NCBI GenBank assembly: GCA_963727715.1
Contig: CAVSGX010000007.1
Coordinates: 36,688-100,687, forward strand
Source: an uncultured bacterium
Lineage (GTDB): Bacteria; Patescibacteriota; Minisyncoccia; Phycocordibacterales; DATDWN01
Length of the DNA: 64,000 nt
Direction of reading: 5' to 3'
Below are positions 31,676-41,927 of this stretch, one piece after another. How positions within the stretch are numbered: position 1 is the stretch's first letter; every line of letters begins with the position of its first letter. The notes beneath the pieces were generated by a model. The model did no database searches. It had not been told where the DNA came from and saw nothing but the letters and a program-made list of their open reading frames with translations. The position numbers and the translations under genes were made by a program.

Positions 31676-31781
31676 CCATAAATTATATCATAAAGCGAAA
31701 AATGTGGTGCAACAAAATTGTTAATAAAAGCTTAAAACTTTATGACAAGCTCAAAAGGAGTGAAATCTTATAAATCCAGAA

Positions 31782-32525
31782 TTATAGTAAATTTAACAAG
31801 ACTTTTTCGGCTTCAATTGGACTTGAAACAGTGATGCATTGCACACCGGTTTCCTTGGCCGCCGAGTCGTTTCCACCCGGAAAAAGGGCATCACCAAGAA
31901 AAACAATGTCTTTTTTGTCGGCCGGCAGAAATTGTTCTATTTTTTTGATGGCATAGGCTTTGTCAATGCCTTTATGGGTTACATCAATGGAAGTGGCCCC
32001 GCCGATTTTTATCTCAAATTCCGGGATTTCTTTTTGCAAAACAGCCACGATCTTTCGACGTTTAGTTTGGTCTGGATCCCATTTTTCTTTGACCGTAAGT
32101 GGAGCATCCTGCCCTCGTCCGGAAAAAGTGATCTGCCCTCCGCGATCTTCCAGAAGTTCGCCATACGGACCGGAGACATCCACACCGGATTCGGCAATGG
32201 CTTTTTCAAAAGCTTCGGAAATTTTTTCTTTTTCTTCAGCCGTCATTTTTTCGTCGTAAATCTGCCAAGCGTTTTCCAAATTGTCATAGCGGTAGCAAGC
32301 CGTGCCGTTGGCCGGAAATAAAAAAAGATTTTGCAAAACTTTTCCCCCGCAAGAAAGATGCGACAAAAATTGATTTTGAAATTGCTTGTACGAGGCGCCG
32401 GAAATAACCGCCATTTTGTGTTTTTTCAAAACTTTGCACAACACCTCAGCCATTCTCGGTTCCAAATCCGACTTGCTTGGCGTCAGCGTGCCATCAAGAT
32501 CGCAAACGATTATTTTTGAATTCAT
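31782..32525 (-). CDS. HAD-IIB phosphomannomutase-like hydrolase
   Basis: DLDGTL, EDRGGQITFS, GGATSID, GDALFPGGND. Confidence 0.88.
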   Translation of the reverse strand: MNSKIIVCDLDGTLTPSKSDLEPRMAEVLCKVLKKHKMAVISGASYKQFQNQFLSHLSCGGKVLQNLFLFPANGTACYRYDNLENAWQIYDEKMTAEEKEKISEAFEKAIAESGVDVSGPYGELLEDRGGQITFSGRGQDAPLTVKEKWDPDQTKRRKIVAVLQKEIPEFEIKIGGATSIDVTHKGIDKAYAIKKIEQFLPADKKDIVFLGDALFPGGNDSAAKETGVQCITVSSPIEAEKVLLNLL

Positions 32526-33040
32526 GGTTTTATTTTTATATCTTCCAAACACTTATTAATTTCTTTCATGGAATTTAATTCCATAACTTTGTTTTTGTGG
32601 GGTTGTAATAATTTATGTAATGGGATGTGATAACCGCCGTATCCTTTTTTATATCTCTTATTAGTAACATGTTTGAGTAGATCCCACCAGCCAATAATAC
32701 CCTCGTTTTTTCTGGTCAAGCTACGTTTTGTTAGAAAATAATATTGATGGATTATATTTTTAAATTGTAAAAAATAAATTATATCGGCTTTTTCCAACCC
32801 TTCAAGGATGAGCCGTCGTGTGGTACCTTCTATAATCCACTTGTCTTGCTGATATATTTCTGACACTTTCTTAACACTTTCTTCTCTGTTATTTGCCTCG
32901 GTGAATTTTACCTTCCAAAAAAAATCATCAGTTGAATGGTGTGGGATTCTGGTTTTTTGCGAAAGTTTTTCGGCAAATGTGCTTTTGCCACGGCCAGCGT
33001 CACCCAATATTAAAATTCTTTTGTAATTATAACCAATCAT
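32522..33040 (-). CDS. P-loop kinase (adenylate kinase/FlaR-like)
   Basis: ILGDAGRGKST, TDDFFW, WIIEG. Confidence 0.75.
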   Translation of the reverse strand: MIGYNYKRILILGDAGRGKSTFAEKLSQKTRIPHHSTDDFFWKVKFTEANNREESVKKVSEIYQQDKWIIEGTTRRLILEGLEKADIIYFLQFKNIIHQYYFLTKRSLTRKNEGIIGWWDLLKHVTNKRYKKGYGGYHIPLHKLLQPHKNKVMELNSMKEINKCLEDIKIKP

Positions 33041-33042
33041 TT

Positions 33043-34269
33043 TTATTTATAATCCACACCAACAGCTTCGGATATGTTTCGAAAGCCGTCACGGCGCAGA
33101 AGTTTGGCGAGACCGAGGTTGATTTCGGAAATTAGTTGCGGGCCTTCAAAAATCATTCCAGTGATGAGTTCAACAAGTGTTGCGCCGGCCCGGATTTTTT
33201 TGTAAGCGTCCTTGGCGCTAAAAACTCCGCCACAACCAATGATGATAAATTTTTTGCCTTCCCTTTTGTAAATGTGCGAGATGAGTGCGTTGGATAGATT
33301 TTCAGTTGGTTTGCCGGAAACACCACCAACCGGCGGCAAAGGTTCGACAACTAATGGATTGTCTTTTTTCTTGGTCAGATTGCCACAAACAATACCATCC
33401 ACGCGGTGTCTTTTCAAAACATCCAAAACTACATCAACTTCGCTAAAACTAACATCCGGAGAAATTTTGACGAAAATCGGTTTGGTTGTGGCCAATTTAT
33501 CAAGCTCTGTCAAAAGCAGATCAAGTTTTTCCGGTTGCATAAAGGGTCTCTGACCCTTTGTTTCATCTTCGCTCGGACGATGTGAACAAGTATTCTTGTT
33601 CACCCGATCCTCGCTAGCTGAAATAAATGGCTGACCACCTTCGGCGTTCGGGCAACTGATATTTACAATAAAAAGTTGGCCGACATCCGAGAGTGTTGAA
33701 AAAGATTTGGCATAATCAGCCACAGCTGTTTTCGTATCCAAGTTGGCCGAACAGTTGGTCATGGCGATATTTGTGCCAAACGGCATTTTTATTTTTCCAC
33801 CGACGATTTGTTTGCGCAGTCGCGATGCGATTTCAGTTACGCCGTCGTTTTTCAAACCGTAATAAACAACAAGCCCGCGCGATTTTGGCAGACGCCAAAG
33901 CCGAGGCTTAGGATTGCCGAGGCAAGACTTTGCTGTGATTGAACCAACTTCACTGAAACCAAAACCGACCTCCGGCAAGATTTGCAGAAGCTTTGCATCC
34001 TTATCAAAACCGGCAGCTAGGCCAATTGGATTTTTGAAATAAACACCGGCCACATTTTGTTCCAGTATTTTGTCTGAAAAACCAAACCAAACTTGCGTTT
34101 TCCAACGTAAAAGTGAATAGTCGCCCAAAAATTTCCCGCAGGCGACGAACCAATCATGCACATCTTCCGGATCCATCAAAAACAAAATCGGCTTCAAAAA
34201 AAACTTGTACAAAAAACCGATAACGGCGTTGCGTCCATTAATAATAGAGTTTTTCAATCTGAAATTCAT
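33043..34269 (-). CDS. pyrD: quinone-dependent dihydroorotate dehydrogenase (class 2) with a 28-aa insertion
   Basis: NPIGLAAGFDK, GNPKPRL, VNISCPN, VKISPD, GGVSGKP, IIGCGG. Confidence 0.93.
   Translation of the reverse strand: MNFRLKNSIINGRNAVIGFLYKFFLKPILFLMDPEDVHDWFVACGKFLGDYSLLRWKTQVWFGFSDKILEQNVAGVYFKNPIGLAAGFDKDAKLLQILPEVGFGFSEVGSITAKSCLGNPKPRLWRLPKSRGLVVYYGLKNDGVTEIASRLRKQIVGGKIKMPFGTNIAMTNCSANLDTKTAVADYAKSFSTLSDVGQLFIVNISCPNAEGGQPFISASEDRVNKNTCSHRPSEDETKGQRPFMQPEKLDLLLTELDKLATTKPIFVKISPDVSFSEVDVVLDVLKRHRVDGIVCGNLTKKKDNPLVVEPLPPVGGVSGKPTENLSNALISHIYKREGKKFIIIGCGGVFSAKDAYKKIRAGATLVELITGMIFEGPQLISEINLGLAKLLRRDGFRNISEAVGVDYK
33541..33624. repeat. 84-bp palindromic element inserted in-frame in pyrD
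   Basis: gtgaacaag-tatt-cttgttcac and aaagggtc-tct-gacccttt hairpins; GCGAGGA..CCGAGC motif. Confidence 0.65.
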
Positions 34270-34346
34270 ACGAAAAATATAGCACAAAATAACGAAATTA
34301 AAAACCGCGATTGCTTGCAATTTTTAATTTTTGAATTAGTTGTGAA

Positions 34347-34760
34347 TTACTGTCCCACCATTGCCCTTGTCGTCGTGCCGAAGCCGGCTGGACGGATTTG
34401 GATGGAATTGGCGCTTTCGCTACCATCGGAATTGGCCGTGCCAGTAACCATAATATTAATTCCGGTTTTCAAATCGGAAACAGAACCGGAAACGGTTTTT
34501 GTAACCGGAGTTGACGGTGTGAAGAAAATAATTTGCGAACCGCCGGCTGGCAAACTGATGGTCAAACTGTTTGTGTCAACCGAAACCACTTGGCCTGTTA
34601 CTGCCCCACCGGCTCGAGTGCCTCCCACTCCACGAGCAAAGCTGGCTCTGGCCGCCGTAGCTGCGGCTGTGGCGCTACTTTTGCCGGCTTGCATACCGAA
34701 ATAATACGCTCCACCGGCAACAATTATTAAAACTATAACTGCAATGATTTTATTTTTCAT
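34347..34760 (-). CDS. membrane-anchored DUF5666-like protein
   Basis: N-terminal TM helix; VTGQVVSV..SDLKTG..V.VTG. Confidence 0.6.
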   Translation of the reverse strand: MKNKIIAVIVLIIVAGGAYYFGMQAGKSSATAAATAARASFARGVGGTRAGGAVTGQVVSVDTNSLTISLPAGGSQIIFFTPSTPVTKTVSGSVSDLKTGINIMVTGTANSDGSESANSIQIRPAGFGTTTRAMVGQ

Positions 34761-34837
34761 ATATTGATGATTAATGAGTAAGGTGTAAAAAGTAAAAACA
34801 CAAATTTTTTTACTTCTTACATCTTACTCTTTACTTA

Positions 34838-36059
34838 TTATTCGTATCTCAATGCTTCAATTGGATTCAATTTGGCTGCCCGCCGAGCCGGATAATATCC
34901 GAAAATAATGCCGATAGCTGCCGACACACCGAAAGCTAAAAAAACCGGTATAAGAGATATTTGAGTTTGCAAAATCCCGAAAATGGACATACCAAAAGCT
35001 ATGGCCCACCCGAGTATTACACCGATGACCCCGCCGATAAAAGTCAGCATAACCGACTCAACCAAAAATTGAATGGTGATGTCACGACTTTTGGCGCCGA
35101 TGGCTTTGCGCAAACCGATTTCTTTTGTTCTTTCAGTGACAGTGGTTAACATCATATTCATAATGCCGATACCTCCGACCAAAAGCGAAATGCCGGCTAC
35201 TGCCGCGAGAAGAATGGTGAATGTGTTTGCCACGCTGGATGCTGTAGCTACAATGTCAGCCTGATTTAACGTGCTGAAATCGGCCAAAGTTGGATTGCTG
35301 ATATTGTGTCGAGCTAAGAAGAAGCGAGGTGATTTGATTTTGAACGTCAGTCATATCGCCCGAATTGTCAGCCTCAACACTGATGGTCGTGACATATTGA
35401 TTACCGACCAAAAATCTCTGGGCGGAAGAAATCGGAATAAAAATCATATCATCTTGACTTCCAAAACCATTACCACCTTTGGCCACCGTTTCGCCAATAA
35501 TTTTGAATTGAATGCCTTTGATTACAATAATTTGTCCGACCGGATCGTTTGTGCTGAACAAATCAGTTGCTACGGTTGGACCGATGATTGCCACCTTGGA
35601 CATATCGGTTACATTTTCATCACTGACGAAAGATCCTTCACTGACAGCGACATTGCGCACTTGCGGATAAGACGATGTCACGCCGACGACCGAAACATTC
35701 GTATTCTGTCCTGAAGCGGTCACTTGGTAGCGACCAGAAACTTCCGGAGCAACAGCTTTGGCTGTGGTAACTTGTGTGGCAATAGCGTCGGCATCAGCTA
35801 AAGTTAGTGATTTGGCCGAACCACGACCGGCAGAAACGGCAGTGCCCGGTCCGCGTGCGGCTCCAGGCTCAACCAGAACCAAATTGGAACCGATTGATTG
35901 AATGCTGGATTGAATCGAACCCTGAGACCCTTCTCCGATAGCCACCATGGCAATAACCGAACCGACGCCGATAACAATACCAAGCATGGTTAGTCCGGAG
36001 CGAACCTTGTTGGCCGACAGGGCCACGTATGTTTCTTCAAAAATATCTTTGGTTTTCAT
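34838..36059 (-). CDS. MacB-like ABC permease (+1 frameshift near 35315)
   Basis: RSGLTMLGIVIGV; ISLLVGGIGIMN..ERTKEIGLRKA..LNPIEALRYE in the second frame. Confidence 0.9.
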
Positions 36060-36060
36060 T

Positions 36061-36777
36061 TTATTTTTCCATATGGTGTTTAATCTGCCTCTTTTTGTGA
36101 CTTTTGCTGTCACTGACAATCAACCCATCGCGAATGTGGATGATGCGATCGGCATACTCGGCGATGTCCGCCTCGTGAGTAATCAAGATAATAGTGCGTC
36201 CAAGTTCGCGGTTCAGTTTCTGAAATGTACCGATAACAATTTCGCCGGTTTTGGTGTCTAAGTTTCCGGTCGGTTCGTCGGCCAGAATTAGTGTTGGGTT
36301 GTTGACTAATGCCCTGGCAATGGCCACACGCTGAATTTGTCCGCCGGAAAGCTGGTTGGATTTGTGAAAGAAATGACTCTCGTCAAATCCAGCTGAAGCC
36401 AGAGCTTCCCGAGCGCGTTTTTCTCTTTCCTTTTCTTCCACACCTTCATAAATCAACGGCAACATCACATTTCGCAAAACGGTTGTGCGTGGCAAAAGGT
36501 TGAACGACTGAAAAACGAAACCGATTTTGTCTTTGCGAATGTCGGCCAATTCATCGTCGGAAAATTTGGAAACATCTTTACCGTCCAAAAAATATTTTCC
36601 TGAAGTCGGCGTGTCCAGAGCGCCGAGAATGTGCATCAAGGTTGATTTGCCGGAGCCGGACGGGCCCATAATAGCTAAAAATTCACCGTCTTCAATGACA
36701 AAGCTAACGCCGGCCAAAGCTTTCAGGGAAACATCCCCAGTTTGATATACTTTTGTGACATTTTTGACTTCAATCAT
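36061..36777 (-). CDS. ABC ATP-binding protein (LolD/MacB type)
   Basis: [24 protein letters not shown]. Confidence 0.95.
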   Translation of the reverse strand: MIEVKNVTKVYQTGDVSLKALAGVSFVIEDGEFLAIMGPSGSGKSTLMHILGALDTPTSGKYFLDGKDVSKFSDDELADIRKDKIGFVFQSFNLLPRTTVLRNVMLPLIYEGVEEKEREKRAREALASAGFDESHFFHKSNQLSGGQIQRVAIARALVNNPTLILADEPTGNLDTKTGEIVIGTFQKLNRELGRTIILITHEADIAEYADRIIHIRDGLIVSDSKSHKKRQIKHHMEK

Positions 36778-36797
36778 GATTGATTTTATTTTTAGCT

Positions 36798-38567
36798 TTA
36801 TCTGCCCAATGCTCTGGCCCCGCCAAACCCGCCACCACCGCCAAGCAAAGATGGGGTGGCTGAAGTGGTGGTTGTCTTGGTCGTACCACTGATAGTGCGT
36901 GTCACAACTTGATCACCAGCTTTAAGTCCAGAAGTGATTTCAGTGTTCGTCCCGTCTGACAAGCCTGTTGTGACAATCTGACTTGTTGGAGGAATTTTAG
37001 AAATGGCACCGGTGGTTGAATTGCTGCTTACAAGTGGTGGATTGAAAACTTGAACGTAAGAAACATTGCCTTGGGTCTTGACTGCGCTGGAAGGAACAGT
37101 GACAACATTCTGATCAATAGCTGTAACGATAGCAGCATTGACGCTCATGCCAGATTTGATTCTTGAATCTTGGGTATCAAAACCGATTTTGACATTGTAT
37201 GTCACAACGCCTTGAGAAACTGTGCCGACAGTATCAACTTCGTCCACCACACCAGCAATGGTCAAATTTGGGATGGCATCAAAAGTCAGTGTCACCTTTT
37301 GACCATTTTGCACCTTTGCCGCGTCAACTTCATTTAGAGAAACCTCTGCAATTTTTTGTTGGGTGATAAAAGTGGCAACTGATGTACCAGAACTGGCAGA
37401 TTGTCCAATTTGAACATTAACTTTGGCCACCGTGCCGTCGTACGGAGCGTAAACATAGTAGTTGGCTAGATTATCCTTGGCATCGGTCAGAGCATTTTGA
37501 GCTTTGGTTATGGAAAGTTGACTGGACTCTACATCGATCGGATCGGCTCCAGATTGGAGTTTCGCCAAAGAATCAATTTGTTCTTGTAGAGCATATTTAG
37601 ATGAAGTAATTGCATTTTTGTCACTGAGCAATGTGACTACGTGCCCACTGGTTTGGCTGGTGTAAGTGGCTAAAGAGGTCAAATGAGTATTTAAAATGGT
37701 TGGAATATTTTGATCATTGATTGTTAATTGATTTTTAACAAAACTTAAAAAATCATTAGTGCTTTTAACCGCTTCGGCCACTGCTTTGCTAGTGTTATAA
37801 CTGTCGCCGACTAATTGTTCAATGGTTGAAGTGGAAGAAAACCTATTGGCTGATTGGAATTCCAAAAGATTCTGGTTGTAATTATTGAGCGCTGTTTGAT
37901 AAGCAGAGATAGCAGCGTTTTGAAAAACAGTTGTGGTTGTGCTGTACTTGAAAACCATATCAGTATAGGCCGAGTTGTTGGCTTGACCGCCGGAATGACT
38001 GACTTCGGTGCCATATAAAACATCATTGAGACCGGTCATAACAGATGGCAAATCCAAAAAAGTATTGGAAACATCATTAAACCCATCATCATAAGATTTG
38101 GAAAGATTGGTTTGAGCTGATGCCAGAGTATCTTCTGCTTGGGTCAATGAAAGAGTATCAGCTGGCTCGGTCAGTTTTTGGTAAGACAGTTGAGCCGACT
38201 GCAGATTGGCCTCGGCATCACGAACGGCTTTTTCGGCTGTGGTTGTGTCAAGCTCGGCGATTAGTGTGCCAGCTCTGACCACTTGACCATCCGTAACTCC
38301 AATATAAACAACTTTGCCGGAAGCCTGTGGAGAAAGGTCAAGTTGGTTGGAGGTGGAGACTTGGCCTGTGCCAGTGACCGATGAGATAACACTGCCCAGT
38401 GTTGCGGTAGCTGTCACATAACTCGGATCACCAGAAGTGGAAAATATGGCGGAAATTCCGAAGTAACCGGCAATAACGATAATTATAACAACCACACTGC
38501 TTATCCAGATATGCGATTTGGCGTAAGTTTTGACTTTTTGATAATTGATTGCAATTTTATTTTTCAT
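36798..38567 (-). CDS. MacA/HlyD-type periplasmic adaptor
   Basis: TM anchor, lipoyl half-motifs, long coiled coil, IKSGMSV. Confidence 0.85.
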   Translation of the reverse strand: MKNKIAINYQKVKTYAKSHIWISSVVVIIIVIAGYFGISAIFSTSGDPSYVTATATLGSVISSVTGTGQVSTSNQLDLSPQASGKVVYIGVTDGQVVRAGTLIAELDTTTAEKAVRDAEANLQSAQLSYQKLTEPADTLSLTQAEDTLASAQTNLSKSYDDGFNDVSNTFLDLPSVMTGLNDVLYGTEVSHSGGQANNSAYTDMVFKYSTTTTVFQNAAISAYQTALNNYNQNLLEFQSANRFSSTSTIEQLVGDSYNTSKAVAEAVKSTNDFLSFVKNQLTINDQNIPTILNTHLTSLATYTSQTSGHVVTLLSDKNAITSSKYALQEQIDSLAKLQSGADPIDVESSQLSITKAQNALTDAKDNLANYYVYAPYDGTVAKVNVQIGQSASSGTSVATFITQQKIAEVSLNEVDAAKVQNGQKVTLTFDAIPNLTIAGVVDEVDTVGTVSQGVVTYNVKIGFDTQDSRIKSGMSVNAAIVTAIDQNVVTVPSSAVKTQGNVSYVQVFNPPLVSSNSTTGAISKIPPTSQIVTTGLSDGTNTEITSGLKAGDQVVTRTISGTTKTTTTSATPSLLGGGGGFGGARALGR

Positions 38568-38570
38568 ATT

Positions 38571-39074
38571 TTATTTTGTTATCATTTGCTCCGCAGCAGA
38601 TTCAGTTGGTGTATCGGAAGCTTCCTGGAAATTCGGTGGTGGTGGCATAATTCGCACCAATTTAGCTTCGATTTGGCCCTTGTTGTTCGGTTCTCCGATA
38701 ACTACCACAAAATCATCAGTTTTTAAATCTCCAGCTGAGATAGTATCTCGCATCTTTCTGAAAATAGTGCTGGTAGAAACAACTATGGTTTCTTCAACCG
38801 AATTCTGCCCTTCAATAATTATTTGAGGCAAATTAATTTTCAAAATATCACCCGAAGCTCCATAAGCGCCGGTAAATTCCGAGCCGGGTTGAATCGGTCC
38901 ACGTGCGCCAAAAATACTGTGATATTCATCACCCAGTCTGTAAGAAAACGAGGCTTTGTAGTAACCAACTTCCATACCGGCCTGAAAAATCAGTCCGGCT
39001 ATGATGACCGCGCTAAGGCCCCACAGAATTCGTTCAAATGTTTTGTTTTGGAGAAAATTTTTTTGTTGATCCAT
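38571..39074 (-). CDS. hypothetical membrane-anchored DUF5666-like protein
   Basis: TM helix plus DLKTDDFVVVIGEPN. Confidence 0.6.
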   Translation of the reverse strand: MDQQKNFLQNKTFERILWGLSAVIIAGLIFQAGMEVGYYKASFSYRLGDEYHSIFGARGPIQPGSEFTGAYGASGDILKINLPQIIIEGQNSVEETIVVSTSTIFRKMRDTISAGDLKTDDFVVVIGEPNNKGQIEAKLVRIMPPPPNFQEASDTPTESAAEQMITK

Positions 39075-39083
39075 ATTAATTTA

Positions 39084-39500
39084 TTAGATAGTTTGTAATT
39101 GAGAAGATTGAAAAGAAAAAGCTGACTTGTTTTTCAACAAGAATTTTAGAGACAACATTACCGCCAAAACGCAAACAAGCGACACAATCATCTCTGGTAT
39201 TGAAAAAGATTCCAAAAGGGACAAACTGAACTGTTGCCAGTATGACAGAACAGTTCCACCATCGGAAAACATTAAAGAAACAAATTTCCAAAATCCGGAT
39301 TGGGCCAAATTGATCATAAGAATAGAAACAGCCGTTGCGGTCGCGCCGAAAGAAACCACAAACGAAAGTCCGGCCACAAAAAATCTTTTTCGAACAGCCT
39401 TTTTTTGTTCTGTGTTCAAACGCAAAAGTATGGCTCTGTGTAGCCCTTCTGGGGTGGGACGGTTTTCTAGATTGTTTAGAAGTTTTTGATAGTTATCCAT
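39084..39500 (-). CDS. putative membrane anti-sigma factor
   Basis: TM protein directly downstream of the ECF sigma factor. Confidence 0.5.
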   Translation of the reverse strand: MDNYQKLLNNLENRPTPEGLHRAILLRLNTEQKKAVRKRFFVAGLSFVVSFGATATAVSILMINLAQSGFWKFVSLMFSDGGTVLSYWQQFSLSLLESFSIPEMIVSLVCVLAVMLSLKFLLKNKSAFSFQSSQLQTI

Positions 39501-39528
39501 ACGCTTTAATTACGAATTAATTTGTAAT

Positions 39529-40098
39529 TTAGGTGCTTTTTTCTGATAACAAAATTTGTCGCAAAGATGAAAGACCGCGACGATATTGACTTTTGACAGT
39601 GTTTGAGGGACGGCCGACCGTCTGACCAATCTCTTCAAATGTCATATTGCTACTGTGACGCAAGATGATGATTTCCCTTTGTTCCGGCGAAATTTGCGCC
39701 AGAACTTTTTCTATTTGTTCGGCCAATCCAACACGACTAAAAATCTCATCGGGCAACGGTTCTGGATCGGCCAGCCCGGCCTCCAAAAAATTACCACCGT
39801 CATCGTTATCAAATTGCGAAAAAACAAATTCTTTTTTCTTTTTCAAAAAATCCAAAGTGGTGTTTCTGGCAATGGACAAAAGCCATGGAGAAAAACGGGC
39901 ACCTCTTTTGTACGTGCCGGCCTTTTTCCAAACTTTGATGAAAGTTTCTTGAACGATATCCTCGGCGCTGTGATCGTTTTTGACCATTCGTCTGACAAAA
40001 TTGTAAACCAAATCCAGATTATTTTTTATCAAAACAGGCAAAGCGCTTTCGTCTCCATCAAGATAATCTTCCATCAGTTGTTCATTGGTTTTATTCAT
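39529..40098 (-). CDS. ECF RNA polymerase sigma factor
   Basis: AEDIVQETFIKVW, WLLSIARN, TFEEIG..NTVKS. Confidence 0.92.
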   Translation of the reverse strand: MNKTNEQLMEDYLDGDESALPVLIKNNLDLVYNFVRRMVKNDHSAEDIVQETFIKVWKKAGTYKRGARFSPWLLSIARNTTLDFLKKKKEFVFSQFDNDDGGNFLEAGLADPEPLPDEIFSRVGLAEQIEKVLAQISPEQREIIILRHSSNMTFEEIGQTVGRPSNTVKSQYRRGLSSLRQILLSEKST

Positions 40099-41077
40099 TT
40101 TCACCTTCAGTCTTTTCTTTTTCTTTTTTCTTTTTCGCCTCCAAAGCCTCCAAAGCTTGATCGACAACCATCGCGAATTTTTCCGGGTTAAGCAAATAGG
40201 AAGCATGCGCTCCTCTCAAAGAATAAAATCCATCAACATATTCAGATGTCAGTTCAGGGATTATTTTTTCGCGTCCAGTAACAGACATTGGTTCTGGTTC
40301 AACTTTCCCAGCCATTCTCTCAATCGGGAAAAGCTGATCGTCGGTTGTGGCGATAACTGCAATACCAATACCACTTTTTTTTATATCTTTGAGCATCTCC
40401 CGAACGTCCGTGGAAGTGATAGCCAAAACCGATTTGGCTCCGGCTGACATATTTCTATTAAGAATTTCAAACATATCAGCTTCTGTTTTTGGTGGGCTTG
40501 GGTTTTCTTCCTCATATTCTTTTCTGATATTTTGCTTCATATCTTTCAGCCAATGCAAGGCAAATTCTCCAGCATTCGTATCTCCGATAAGTCCGGCTGG
40601 ATTTTCCAATATCAAATTCCTGACAAGTTGCGGGTACAGATAGGCAAGTATAATGGAAAAAATCGCTCCCTCCGAACGTCCCATCATGTCAGCTTTTCCG
40701 GTTTCCACACCATCTTCTTTTATTTCTATGCCTCTTGCTCGCAAGGTTTCTATCAGAGCTTCCATTTTACGCAATTCAATTGCTTTATATTCTTCTCTCT
40801 CATTAGCCGAAATACCATGCGGAGTATCGGGACAAATAACTTCCCTACCCTTTTCTACCCACTGTCTGATGTGATTTTTATGAGATTCTGGTGATTCAGC
40901 CCAACCCATTCCAAGAACCAAAGGAACTTCTGTTTTGAATTTTCCTTCTTCAGGAGAAATATCATACACATCAAATGGTCTGTTTTCACCAAAAACTTTG
41001 ACTGTTTTCGGATGATTCCATTGTTTATCAAAAAAATTTTCTTCAGTATTTGTATTTTCAAATTTAAAACTTTCCAT
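40091..41077 (-). CDS. alpha/beta hydrolase fold protein
   Basis: GMGW, GRSEG nucleophile elbow, LILENPAG. Confidence 0.75.
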   Translation of the reverse strand: MESFKFENTNTEENFFDKQWNHPKTVKVFGENRPFDVYDISPEEGKFKTEVPLVLGMGWAESPESHKNHIRQWVEKGREVICPDTPHGISANEREEYKAIELRKMEALIETLRARGIEIKEDGVETGKADMMGRSEGAIFSIILAYLYPQLVRNLILENPAGLIGDTNAGEFALHWLKDMKQNIRKEYEEENPSPPKTEADMFEILNRNMSAGAKSVLAITSTDVREMLKDIKKSGIGIAVIATTDDQLFPIERMAGKVEPEPMSVTGREKIIPELTSEYVDGFYSLRGAHASYLLNPEKFAMVVDQALEALEAKKKKEKEKTEGENE

Positions 41078-41157
41078 ATTTTTGAATTAGTCGTCGATAT
41101 CAAATCTTAACATATTTTGGCCTTTAAAACTATTTGATTTTATTATACAATTTAACT

Positions 41158-41736
41158 ATGAGCATTTTCCATACTTTGCTACCCTGGTTGGAATCTTCCA
41201 AATATGTTTTGCTTTTTCTTGGCGCAGCTTTTGAAGGTCCGGCGGTAATGATGACTGGCGGTTTTTTATTTCGCCTTGGTCAGTTTAGTTTTTTGCCAAT
41301 GTATTTGGCTTTGGTTTTGGGCGATTTTACTTCCGATATGACCTACTACTGCGTAGGTCGGTTCGGCACCCGTTTGTTCATTTTAAGATTTAGACGGTTT
41401 TTGGGCGTCACTCCGGAAATTATAGAAAAAGTGGAAAGTCGCTTTTTGAAATACCATCAGAAAATTCTAATCATTTCCAAAATGACAATGGGTATGGGCT
41501 TCGCCACGGTTACTTTGATGGTCGCAGGGATGTTCAGGACGCCCACCAAGAATTTTGTTCTGATAAATCTTATTGGCGGATTTATCTGGACGGGCTTTGT
41601 GGTAGGTTTGGGATATTATTTTGGCAATATTTACTCGCAGATTTCCGGACCGCTGAAAATAATTTTTGTTTGTGCTATTGTGGCTGTTTTAGCTATTATT
41701 TTCACTTATGTCAATAAGAAACTGAAAGAATTATAA
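41158..41736 (+). CDS. DedA family membrane protein
   Basis: FEGP..GG, LGDFTSD..Y..GR. Confidence 0.85.
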   Translation: MSIFHTLLPWLESSKYVLLFLGAAFEGPAVMMTGGFLFRLGQFSFLPMYLALVLGDFTSDMTYYCVGRFGTRLFILRFRRFLGVTPEIIEKVESRFLKYHQKILIISKMTMGMGFATVTLMVAGMFRTPTKNFVLINLIGGFIWTGFVVGLGYYFGNIYSQISGPLKIIFVCAIVAVLAIIFTYVNKKLKEL

Positions 41737-41737
41737 G

Positions 41738-41919
41738 ATGAATTCCAAAATTACAACAAAAATATTTTTTGGAGACTCCGCAGGCGAGGAGCCGGTTTTG
41801 TCAACGACCCGAGCAAAGCGAGGGCTCTTGACAAATCCGAGCCGAGGACAGCCGAGAAAACTCGCTGGAGTTTTCGAGGTTGCTCCAAAAAATATTTTTT
41901 GTTGTAATTTTGGATTCAT
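41738..41919. repeat. MITE/REP-like element with about 36-bp terminal inverted repeats, family B
   Basis: atgaattccaaaattacaacaaaaatattttttggag / ctccaaaaaatattttttgttgtaattttggattcat; GC-rich core. Confidence 0.75.
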
Positions 41920-41927
41920 ATAATAAT

